From Ylistrum balloti (Eukaryota): 64,000 bases of DNA. Below are positions 25,610-36,790 of this stretch, piece by piece. The DNA lies in contig NW_026782338.1 in assembly GCF_031769215.1 (NCBI RefSeq), positions 62,001 through 126,000 of the forward strand, written 5' to 3'. The position numbers were made by a program, and so were the translations under genes. Below the pieces are notes generated by a model that did no database searches, was not told where the DNA came from, and saw nothing but the letters and a program-made list of their open reading frames with translations. Position 1 is the first letter of the stretch. The number at the start of each line of letters is the position of its first letter.

Positions 25610-28600
25610 CAGCGTGTTTTGTGAGCCCTACCAAATTAAAATTTATATTTACATAATGATGCCCCCCGTGTTTTGTGAGCCCCATAAAATTAAAATTCAT
25701 ATTTACATAATGATGCCCCCGTGTTTTGTGAGCCCCATAAAATCAAAATCTATATTTACATAATGATGCCCCCCGTGTTTTGTGAGCCCCATAAAATCAA
25801 AATTTATATTTACACAATGATGCCCCCCGTGTTTTGTGAGCCCCACAAAATTAAAATTTATATTTACACAATGATGCCCCCCGTGTTTTGTGAGCCCCAC
25901 CAAATTAAAATTTATATTTACACAATTATGCCCCCCGTGTTTTGTGAGCCCCATAAAATTAAAATTTATATTTACACAATGATGCCCCCCGTGTTTTGTG
26001 AGCCCCACAAAATTAAAATTTATATTTACACAATGATGCCCCCCGTGTTTTGTGAGCCCTACCAAATTAAAATTTATATTTACATAATGATGCCCCCCGT
26101 GTTTTGGGAGCCCCACAAAATTAAAATTTATATTTACACAATGATGCCCCCCGTGTTTTGTGAGCCCTACCAAATTAAAATTTATATTTACATAATGATG
26201 CCCCCCGTGTTTTGTGAGCCCCATAAAATTAAAATTTATATTTACACAATGATGCCCCCCGTGTTTTGTGAGCCCTACCAAATTAAAATTTATATTTACA
26301 TAATGATGCCCCCCGTGTTTTGTGAGCCCCATAAAATTAAAATTTATATTTACACAATGATGCCCCCGTGTTTTGTGAGCCCTACCAAATTAAAATTTAT
26401 ATTTACATAATGATGCCCCCCGTGTTTTGTGAGCCCCATAAAATTAAAATTTATATTTACACAATGATGCCCCCCGTGTTTTGTGAGCCCCACAAAATTA
26501 AAATTTATATTTACACAATGATGCCCCCCGTGTTTTGTGAGCCCCACAAAATTAAAATTTATATTTACACAATTATGCCCCCCGTGTTTTGTGAGCCCCA
26601 TAAAATTAAAATTTATATTTACACAATGATGCCCCCCGTGTTTTGTGAGCCCCACAAAATTAAAATTTATATTTACACAATGATGCCCCCCGTGTTTTGT
26701 GAGCCCTACCAAATTAAAATTTATATTTACACAATGATGCCCCCCGTGTTTTGTGAGCCCTACCAAATTAAAATTTATATTTACATAATGATGCCCCCCG
26801 TGTTTTGTGAGCCCCATAAAATTAAAATTTATATTTACACAATGATGCCCCCCCCCGTGTTTTGTGAGCCCTACCAAATTAAAATTTATATTTACATAAT
26901 GATGCCCCCCGTGTTTTGTGAGCCCCATAAAATTAAAATTTATATTTACAAAATGATGCCCCCCGTGTTTTGTGAGCCCTACCAAATTAAAATTTATATT
27001 TACATAATGATGCCCCCCGTGTTTTGTGAGCCCCATAAAATTAAAATTTATATTTACACAATGATGCCCCCCCGTGTTTTGTGAGCCCCATAAAATTAAA
27101 ATTTATATTTACACAATGATGCCCCCCGTGTTTTGTGAGCCCCATAAAATCAAAATCTATATTTACATAATGATGCCCCCCGTGTTTTGTGAGCCCCATA
27201 AAATCAAAATTTATATTTACACAATGATGCCCCCCGTGTTTTGTGAGCCCCACAAAATTAAAATTTATATTTACACAATGATGCCCCCCGTGTTTTGTGA
27301 GCCCCACAAAATTAAAATTTATATTTACACAATGATGCCCCCCGTGTTTTGTGAGCCCTACCAAATTAAAATTTATATTTACATAATGATGCCCCCCGTG
27401 TTTTGTGAGCCCCATAAAATTAAAATTTATATTTACACAATTATGCCCCCCCCGTGTTTTGTGAGCCCTACCAAATTAAAATTTATATTTACACAATGAT
27501 GCCCCCCGTGTTTTGTGAGCCCCATAAAATTAAAATTTATATTTACACAATGATGCCCCCCGTGTTTTGTGAGCCCTACCAAATTAAAATTTATATTTAC
27601 ATACTGATGCCCCCCGTGTTTTGTGAGCCCCACAAAATTAAAATTTATATTTACACAATGATGCCCCCCGTGTTTTGTGAGCCCCACCAAATTAAAATTT
27701 ATATTTACACAATGATGCCCCCCGTGTTTTGTGAGCCCTACCAAATTAAAATTCATATTTATATAATGATGCCCCCCGTGTTTTGTGAGCCCCATAAAAT
27801 CAAAATTTATATTTACATAATGATGCCCCCCGTGTTTTGTGAGCCCCATAAAATCAAAATTTATATTTACATAATGATGCCCCCCGTGTTTTGTGAGCCC
27901 CATAAAATTAAAATTTATATTTACACAATTATGCCCCCCGTGTTTTGTGAGCCCCATAAAATTAAAATTTATATTTACACAGTGATGCCCCCCGTGTTTT
28001 GTGAGCCCCACAAAATTAAAATTTATATTTACACAGTGATGCCCCCCGTGTTTTGTGAGCCCCACAAAATTAAAATTTATATTTACACAGTGATGCCCCC
28101 CGTGTTTTGTGAGCCCCACAAAATTAAAATTTATATTTACACAGTGATGCCCCCCGTGTTTTGTGAGCCCCACAAAATTAAAATTTATATTTACACAGTG
28201 ATGCCCCCCGTGTTTGGTGAGCCCTACCAAATTAAAATTTATATTTACACAGTGATGCCCCCCGTGTTTTGTGAGCCCCACAAAATTAAAATTTATATTT
28301 ACACAGTGATGCCCCCCATGTTTTGTGAGCCCCACAAAATTAAAATTTATATTTAACACAGTGATGCCCCCCATGTTTTGTGAGCCCCACAAAATTAAAA
28401 TTTATATTTACACAGTGATGCCCCCCGTGTTTTGTGAGCCCCACAAAATTAAAATTTATATTTACACAGTGATGCCCCCCATGTTTTGTGAGCCCCACAA
28501 AATTAAAATTTATATTTACACAGTGATGCCCCCCGTGTTTTGTGAGCCCCACAAAATTAAAATTTATATTTACACAGTGATGCCCCCCGTGTTTGGTGAG

Positions 28601-28900
28601 CCACACAAAATTAAAATTTATATTTACACAGTGATGCCCCCCGTGTTTTGTGAGCCCCACAAAATTAAAATTTATATTTACACAATGATGCCCCCCGTGT
28701 TTTGTGAGCCCCACAAAATTAAAATTTATATTTACACAGTGATGCCCCCCGTGTTTTGTGAGCCCCACAAAATTAAAATTTATATTTACACAGTGATGCC
28801 CCCCGTGTTTTGTGAGCCCCACAAAATTAAAATTTATATTTACACAGTGATGCCCCCCGTGTTTTGTGAGCCCCATAAAATTAAAATTTATATTTACACA
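25610..28900. repeat. 54-bp satellite (ATGATGCCCCCCGTGTTTTGTGAGCCCCACAAAATTAAAATTTATATTTACACA), about 60 copies
   Basis: Period 54 = 18 codons; explains all MMPPVFCEPHKIKIYIYT / GLTKHGGHHCVNINFNF ORFs at 25392-28963. Confidence 0.98.
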
Positions 28901-29289
28901 GTACACACAATGTGCAATAATCAATTAAACACGCAGCATCTGATCAACTCGTCTAGTTACTAGTAAAACAGGGCGATAAAATGTCAAACAACAAAAATCG
29001 TCTTTAAAATCACATCGATGCGTGTATCTGTTGTTTACTATAGAAAAAAGCTTTACTAACGCGTGTTCTGCTTTAAAATGTGGAGTTGGTTTAATCAAAT
29101 TTCATAAACTATTAACGATACCATCAATAAAATAACATCTTTAATATAGAATAGAGTAGGCCTCAATACATCACCCTGTAGATTTGTTATTAGTGGAATA
29201 ATTAATATTGTATAAAAAATGATGGAAGGTCAACATATAAAATGTATATTTATCACAGATGCTTATAATATACATTGTAAATAGTGAAA

Positions 29290-29710
29290 TACACGATATG
29301 TCACACGTGTTTGATGGTAAACTACACGATATGTCACACGTGTTTGATAGTGAACTATACGATATGTCACACGAGTTTGATAGTGAACTACGCGATATGC
29401 CACACGAGTTTGATAGTGAACTACACGATATGTCACAAGTGTTTGATAGTGAACTATACGATATGTCACAAGTGTTTGATAGTGAACTATACGATATGTC
29501 ACACGTGTTTGATAGTGAACTATACGATATTTCATACGTGTTTGATAGTAAACTACGCAATATGTCACACGTGTTTGATAGTGAACTATACGATATGTCA
29601 CACGAGTTTGATAGTGAACTACGCGATGTGTCACACGAGTTTGATAGTGAACTACACGATGTGTCACACGTGTTTGATAGTGAACTGCACGATATGTCAC
29701 ACGTGTTTGA
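29290..29710. repeat. 33-bp minisatellite (CACGATATGTCACACGTGTTTGATAGTGAACTA), about 13 copies
   Basis: Direct tandem repetition; explains four overlapping ORFs at 29171-29774. Confidence 0.96.
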
Positions 29711-31514
29711 ACTAATTACCATTTTCAAACCATGTAGAACATTGACCGACTGTTCGGTCCCAATACCTTTCTGATATACGGGGTTGTTTGTATTTAAAGA
29801 ACACTACTGTTTATTGTATGTAACAAACTTTTGTCAACAAACGGAGAGATTTAATACTGTATTTTTAATCAGGCCAGTCCTCTTATTATCTGTGTATAAA
29901 TGGTGAGGAACTAGAGGTTGACTGTATTGTACTGTCAAAGAAAATTCTCAAATTTGATAACGTACTAGGAAACCTGAATAGGACAGTCGTTGGGATTCAT
30001 TAATAAAATAAAATGAAAGCAAATAAAAGTTTATTTGAAATAATCACGCTTTATTTAAAATGGTAAATCTATATTTAGAGTTCTGATGACGATGTCTTGA
30101 TTTAATACGATTGGTTTGACCACATGAAACCCACATCCAAAACTTGAATAAGAATTTTTTTAGCAATTTTTTTTCAAGCCGAATGAAAGAAAACCAGTTG
30201 CATTTGGTATTTAAAATGAAGCCCTAGCAAGGATGTATGGCTTTACATATCGCTATTTTAATTTCGAAAAAAAAAGAAAAAGAACTGAAGAGTGAGGGCG
30301 ACAAAGAACGCTCGAGGTGGACGTTACTGCCAAAACGAATGACGTGAAATCTGTGTACGACTGATGGTACTAACTGGCAACAGTGTAACACGAAATTTGA
30401 ACCTTTTTTAGGTAACAAAAACCGACCTACGGAATTGAAAATCTTCACAGTTATTGTAAAGAAAAGCAATCTCTCTATCAATTATTGCTATGATAAATGT
30501 TGCCAAATGTTTTCTCTATTTTTTTTTTATAAAAGAAACATCAGCTAAGTTGCCACTCTAACACGACAGTTAAAGTATGCCACGGAAATTTATCATATTT
30601 CATTTCTCCATTTTCTTAAAAAAAAAGGAAACCGATACCTGTGCGAAATTTTTATAAATAAACTCTGATGCATACCACAGCTCGTAAAACTATTTAATCC
30701 GAGTCAAAATTTTGATTTCTGTCCAAAACCAAAATTGATTATTGATTCCTAAATCCGAAGGTAAAACGATCGTTAAATCTGCTGGATATGCGTGACTTTT
30801 ATGTGCACCACTGGAGACAGGTCTCTCGCAGTGACAAGTTACATAACGGTGGTATTTTGACGCCAATTTCACAGTAAAACATTCAAATGAAACAGGCGCA
30901 TGTAATATAATACCGTATGTCAATTTATTTCCTCATAAATATTTTCCGAATTTGACCAGTCTTCCAGGAGACGCGGTATGCCATTACAATGAGACATCTT
31001 ACTGGTGCTACATGTATATACAGGTTCACGGAAGTGAGGGAAATGGGGGAGGGGCGGTAACAACGGACTGAAGGACGGGTTCTGAGTAGGAGGGACGGAC
31101 GGAATTCTGAACTTTGAACTTTGAGGGTATACGATTACTTACGACAAAAAAGAGTATTGTGTTGGATCCTTGGAGAGATGGGCGATTAGGGGAGGGGGAG
31201 GAAATATTTCATCGAATTATTGGTAACCCTAAACAATAAAGGCCAAGGGATGGGCGAGAAGAGGGAGGAAGTGATGAAGGAGAAGTAATACCGGGGCGAT
31301 GTGCCGTGTATACGAGTTTAAACCCCTTATAATGTATACCTTGTTCGTGAATAAATGCACCCAGTTAAGGATGTAGACATTATAGGTAAATTTGTGCTAA
31401 GGGTTATTTAACTTTTTTAACATTGAAATTCCCCACCACAAGCTCTTTACAATAAAAAAAACTTTTTGAAAAACTTCTAACATCAAATAGAAAGCCAATC
31501 TGGATCCTTTATAC

Positions 31515-31635
31515 ATAACTGCATTTCACTTTATAACTGTAATTATTTTGTGGTAAGGGTGTATACTGCATTTCACTTTATAACTGTAATAAGTTTGTAT
31601 TAAGGGTGTATACTACATTTCACTCTATAACTGTT
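31515..31635. repeat. ~48-bp tandem repeat, about 2.5 copies
   Basis: ACTGCATTTCACTTTATAACTGT core occurs three times. Confidence 0.8.
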
Positions 31636-31857
31636 AAATTTAAATTTATGATCAAAACATCAAAGAGGGCATTGTATTATCTTTACATGATATTACATGG
31701 TATGTTCATTTTATTCCTACAGTTGCGTCTTTTTAGTTTCCTATGCATACCCGACAGTTTGTATTGTTTTACATTTGATTATTCTAGAATAAATTACCAT
31801 TGTCACCGTGAAATGTCATACACACGTAATACATTTTTGTTTTGTTTTTTTTTACAG

Positions 31858-33030
31858 ATGTATGCCGTTACGTCACTGCTGGTAGTACTTTTGTCAATTT
31901 CCGTCTTCATCCTCGAGACGCTTCCGTACTTTGAAGCACTCACAGTGCATGCCACAAGCTCACGTTCAAACATCACGAGCGAGATGTTACGTAAGGAGTT
32001 GGATATATTCTATGACATCACACCCTACGATACACTGCTTATTATAGACAATTCGTGTAACGTGTTCTTCTTCTTAGAGTTTCTAGTGAAGCTGCTGACG
32101 GCACCGTCCAAGAAAGACTTTCTCACCACACCACTGACCATTATAGAAGCCATATGCATCGTCCCATACTACATTGCTGTGGCAATCGTCTTTCTGCACC
32201 CGGACCCTATAAAACTGTTTACGTTCATAAGGGTGCTTTTCGCCTTTCGTGTCCTTCGAATATTCAGGATTTTTATCCTGATGAAACACTTCTTGGCTTT
32301 GAAAATCTTGATATACACAATCAAGGCGAGCACAAAAGAACTGTTTTTGTTGCTCCTAGTTGTGATAATTGGCGTAGTTATATTTGCCTGTATCGAATAT
32401 TATATGGAAATATTCTCAACCGAAGAGAGCGACTTCAAACACATCCCGCTTGCCTTTTGGTGGGCTATCGTTACCATGACGACCGTCGGTTATGGTGATA
32501 TGACGCCAAAATCTGGACTTGGTTTTCTTGTTGGATCGTTATGTGCCATTTCTGGTGTCTTGGTCATTGCCCTGTCTGTTCCTGCCATTGTCAATAATTT
32601 CACATTGTATTACACGCATGCGCAGTCACGAGAAAAACTTAAACAGCGGAAGAGGAAATTTCAGAAACAAAGATGGAATAAGCTGATGTCTACAACTGTG
32701 TTCAAAATCAAATTCAATAAAACAGAAGATAGGGGTCATTCGGGGTTTAAGACAATGGTCAACGGTTTGATGCAAACTGGGGAAAAGGCGCCGAAAATTA
32801 ATTCTGTGACACCAATGAACTCGGAAGTCGGCTCCGAACAACCAACCACTTGCAGTTTTGATACTGCAAAGTCGATCCAAGATTTGACGGAAACGACAGA
32901 TGGAGAAGACACACAGACAAATCGCGATAATACCGTGATCAACGATGTGAAGGAATCTTCAAATGAAGAAAACCCAACGGACGATGTAGACTCTTCTGTG
33001 TCGGAGGTAAAACCACAAATTATCGAATAG
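31858..33030 (+). CDS. KCNC/Shaw-like: Shaw/Kv3-family K+ channel, exon 2 (S1-S6, pore, C-terminus)
   Basis: Polypyrimidine tract then tacag|ATG; six hydrophobic segments; S4 R-x-x-R pattern; LKILIYTIKAS linker; FWWAIVTMTTVGYGDMTP selectivity filter; stop at 33028-33030; joins exon 1 in phase for 695 aa. Confidence 0.95.
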   Translation: MYAVTSLLVVLLSISVFILETLPYFEALTVHATSSRSNITSEMLRKELDIFYDITPYDTLLIIDNSCNVFFFLEFLVKLLTAPSKKDFLTTPLTIIEAICIVPYYIAVAIVFLHPDPIKLFTFIRVLFAFRVLRIFRIFILMKHFLALKILIYTIKASTKELFLLLLVVIIGVVIFACIEYYMEIFSTEESDFKHIPLAFWWAIVTMTTVGYGDMTPKSGLGFLVGSLCAISGVLVIALSVPAIVNNFTLYYTHAQSREKLKQRKRKFQKQRWNKLMSTTVFKIKFNKTEDRGHSGFKTMVNGLMQTGEKAPKINSVTPMNSEVGSEQPTTCSFDTAKSIQDLTETTDGEDTQTNRDNTVINDVKESSNEENPTDDVDSSVSEVKPQIIE

Positions 33031-33143
33031 AGCTTAAAACGGAAGTGCCTTCGTTCCTTAATGTTGTCAATAAAGGCCGTGGTAGTCCTTCCAGTCTGAG
33101 ACGAAACAGTGAAATACCAATTGTTCGACATCATAAAGAAGTT

Positions 33144-33629
33144 TTACGTCACGTCAAACAGAGAAATCACCTTCGCAGAATGTAATACTGGCTGGACATC
33201 GACTGTGTTGCGGTCAACCTCGTTGACAAAAAGTACCAAAACAAAACGAGTTGCAGTTGATGTATTTTTTAGAAGTGTTTGTGCTGTTTAAAACACAACA
33301 ACGCCATCAAGAATGGCGGGAAAACAGGGAAAAGGACAGTTTAAAAGCGATAACAAAATATCATGCAGCTGTGACGTCATACATGTGATCTATGTCGTCG
33401 TCAAACCATTTTTTTTATTTTCGTCATATTTCCCCGTTTATTGATCAGTGATAACATTTCGTATACTTGCGTATGACGTCACGACATATTTACGTCATTA
33501 TTGTTATCAATCATACACACTTCCAAAAAAAAAAGTTGGAAAATCATGTCAGATGCATTAATGGGTTTCATCGATATAATCGGATCAGAAGAAAGACGTA
33601 AAGAAAGTGTGACGTCATAGATTACGTCA
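33144..33629. promoter_or_regulatory. Cluster of CRE/ATF motifs downstream of the Kv stop codon
   Basis: TGACGTCA at 33372, 33474, 33610; TTACGTCA at 33144, 33490, 33622. Confidence 0.55.
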
Positions 33630-34225
33630 TCAACCACCTTAAAGTACCAAAGTATAAATTCTAATGTACTAATAAGTATATGACAGTTTATAACAACACA
33701 GACCAATTCTTGCTTGCCCTTTTTGTTATATGTTATATTTACATATATATATATTATTTTTAATACTTCGCTGTAGGCTTTGTTGCAAAAAGTAACCGGA
33801 GAAATTTACATGAGTTCATCATTTCAAACATCCTCCACCTCATTTTTTTTATCATTTGTTCACGTCAGCAAACAGGTAAAGGTTCTAGTCATTAGGTTCC
33901 AATAACGATATTTTGATAAAACTTAAGTTTATTTTTCAGCGTAGAGTTTCGAGTTAATTGACAACCGTTACATAAAATTGTATTCTTTTATTTCAGTTCC
34001 ATCAGATCTTTTCAAATCATTTAATTAACTTTTCCACATCAGGTGCATATCATTTCAGATCAAGGAAATGAAAATTCGAACCGAAAGACTATTTTGCCAT
34101 TATAACGCTGAAATCAAGAAGAGAGCAATTTCTTGGCGCTATTTATTTTGACGACTGACACTTATAAATATAAACTTTATTTGTTTTACAACAATTGCGA
34201 AACAAGTTATTTAAACTTATACTAA

Positions 34226-34409
34226 TCACTCTTGTTGGCCCGGATGTAAGCGCGCGAGGGGCCTTATTGTGGGAGGAAACCGGAGTACCCGGGGAAAACC
34301 CACGCGGTCGGACAGGTGACCCCTTACCTTTTCACGTCCGTTCCGGGAATCGAACCCCGGTCGGCTAGGTGAAAGGCGAGTGCGTTAACACTGCGCCACC
34401 CGACCACCC
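34226..34409 (-). mobile_element. tRNA-derived SINE with V-type conserved central domain
   Basis: Minus strand: A-box-like TGGCGCAGTGTT, B box GGTTCGATTCC (34346-34356), then GCGTGGGTTTTCCCCGGGTACTCCGGTTTCCTCCCACA (34268-34305), matching the V-SINE core as recalled. Confidence 0.8.
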
Positions 34410-35519
34410 TGACACTTAATACTTAAGTTATCGATTACGGTTTCTAAGTAAAAAAATGATTAAAATCAACAAATCAATAAAAAAAAATCGAACACATGCT
34501 TGTTCAACTTGAGTAATGTCGATTTGAATATGTGATATAACGTAATTTTAAGCATTATTAGGTTTTTTTCCAGTGCATTTGAAATTAGTATCAATCTTAT
34601 TCAGCGCATTCAACTCGTAACTTCAGAATTAAAATTGCCGTTGAGTTAAACTGAAGTAAAAATGAGATTCACAAATTGATAAATGTAGAAATATATACAT
34701 ATACAATACAAGTTTTTATGAGCACAATTTCTGCCGAAAACCTTCTAGAAACTAAATTTTCTCTGCGAGTCAGTGAGCAAATTTGCGTACACACGAAATA
34801 AAATCTAGCTTCCCTACAAGTTGCTTAAATTTCGTTCTTTTTCATTTGTCCAATATATTTACATTTCTACATTTTGTCATGCCCTTATTCTGATATATAC
34901 ATTTTTTGTTCACAAATTATCGACCATTAAATTGATTTTTTGTTTGTATTTATCTTCTATTATTCATCCAACAACATTTGAACATTCCTGTGCAGAAATA
35001 GCGATGATAGTTTTTACCTGCCAAATCCAAGATGGCCACCTGCCAACCATTTTATTTCCTCTGATCAGACTCGAAATCAAATGGGCACATTGTGTGACAT
35101 AAAGACAATGAAATAAATACGAAGTCAGGTCAACATTTTGTAATAGGTTTATTGTTATCATTACCAATGTATATTGTTCAATACATTCGATCACGAGAGT
35201 TAAATATCTAGTCTATATGTTTCAAGTTACATACACATTTGTTAAAAGTTGGCAAACAAGTCATCCTCACAAGAAAATGACCTACCATCGGACCAAGTAC
35301 TACACACAGAGAAGAATCTAGCAGTAATTATGTGGGGGTTAGACAAGATCATTCTATCTATAAACTTGGTGAGAGTCGTACAGATCGGATGCCAGTGACG
35401 TTAGAAAACCACGAACAGAACCCATGTAATCTGACACCAAAGTTCGGACAACCTGTCTAATCTGACCACTGAGTACTCAGAAATCCTTTCTTATCTGAAT
35501 CTTGAGTTTCCAAATATCC

Positions 35520-35750
35520 TGTCTAATCAGACCACCAGAGTCTAATCTGACCCCTGACATCCTGTCTAATCTTACCCCTGACATCCTGTGTAATCTGACC
35601 CCTGACATCCTGTCTAATCTAACCCCTGACATCCTGTCTAATCTGACCCTAGCATCCTGTCTAATCTGACCCTAGCATCCTGTCTAATCTGACCCCTGAC
35701 ATCCTGTCTAATCTGACCCCTGACATCCTGTCTATTCTGACCCTGACATC
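35520..35750. repeat. 23/24-bp minisatellite (CCTGTCTAATCTGACCCCTGACAT), about 9 copies
   Basis: Direct tandem repetition. Confidence 0.92.
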
Positions 35751-36507
35751 CTGTTTGATCTTAATATGGCTGTTTATAACTAAACCTGACCGATGTTTTC
35801 TGATTTCTTGTCTAAACCAAACAGTTAATGAAGACAGAAGTCCATTACCTTGGGTGTCAGATTCAACAGGTTTCACTATGGCCTTACAGTTGTAATAGTT
35901 TCTTGTTCCTTTCCCCCTTCCCCCTCCTAGAACTGATGTTAAAACAGTTTACACATGAATGACTGCATATAATAGTATTAAAACCAACAGGGAAGCTGTC
36001 ACCATAGCAACAGAATAAAAACAAAATGTCCGTCTGTCACTTCTTATCTTACTAACCATTTACACCTTGTCACATATACACTGGGTTCAATGTAACTATG
36101 CCAACCCTTGACCATAAAAACACACACCCGCTTACCATAATGTATTCTACTTTTGGTTTGTACATGGCTTAAGTAATAACTTCAATATAAATATATGGGG
36201 TAGTAGTATGTAGCTACAATATTTATGAGAGTTACATCACCATGGCAATATGGAGTTTAACAGTTGATATGTTACCAGGGCAACAGGCAGCAGTTCAAAT
36301 GGATTTTCTTGCAGCAGAGTGACAACAGGTTTACATATGACCTTCTAACAACTGCCTTAAATAACCTGTGTATACAGATGCCCTGCCTTATCTGTCTCAC
36401 AGAATACTGGATTGGAGGGTAGATCTGACTAATATGCTGTATCTCAAGGGCACATTTCACTGTAAAATTTATTGGAGTAATATATCTGCACTGAAATTGT
36501 ATTGAGT

Positions 36508-36790
36508 CCAAATTCTTCTGACAATCTATCACTGTCCAGTCCAAATTATTCTGACAATCTATCACTGTCCAGTCCAAATTATTCTGACAATCTATCACTG
36601 TCCAGTCCAAATTATTCTGACAATCTATCAATGTCCAGTCCAAATTATTCTGACAATCTATCACTGTCCAGTCCAAATTATTCTGACAATCTATCACTGT
36701 CCAGTCCAAATTATTCTGACAATCTATCACTGTCCAGTCCAAATTATTCTGACAATCTATCAATGTCCAGTCCAAATTATTCTGACAATC
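36508..36790. repeat. 33-bp minisatellite (TCCAAATTATTCTGACAATCTATCACTGTCCAG), about 8.5 copies
   Basis: Direct tandem repetition; explains ORFs 36272-36835 and 36502-36795. Confidence 0.96.

Noticed and set aside
25392-28963. Long His/Cys-rich or Pro-rich repeat-protein ORFs on both strands
   Set aside because: They are translations of a 54-bp satellite (multiple of 3, no stop in the unit), broken by C-run indels and lying inside the Kv intron
31606-31857. N-terminal 84 aa of the 474-aa ORF
   Set aside because: Intronic read-through; a pyrimidine tract and tacag acceptor at 31857 join exon 1 in phase
34340-34409. Possible tRNA gene
   Set aside because: A and B boxes are present, but there is no complete cloverleaf and the sequence continues into a SINE core domain
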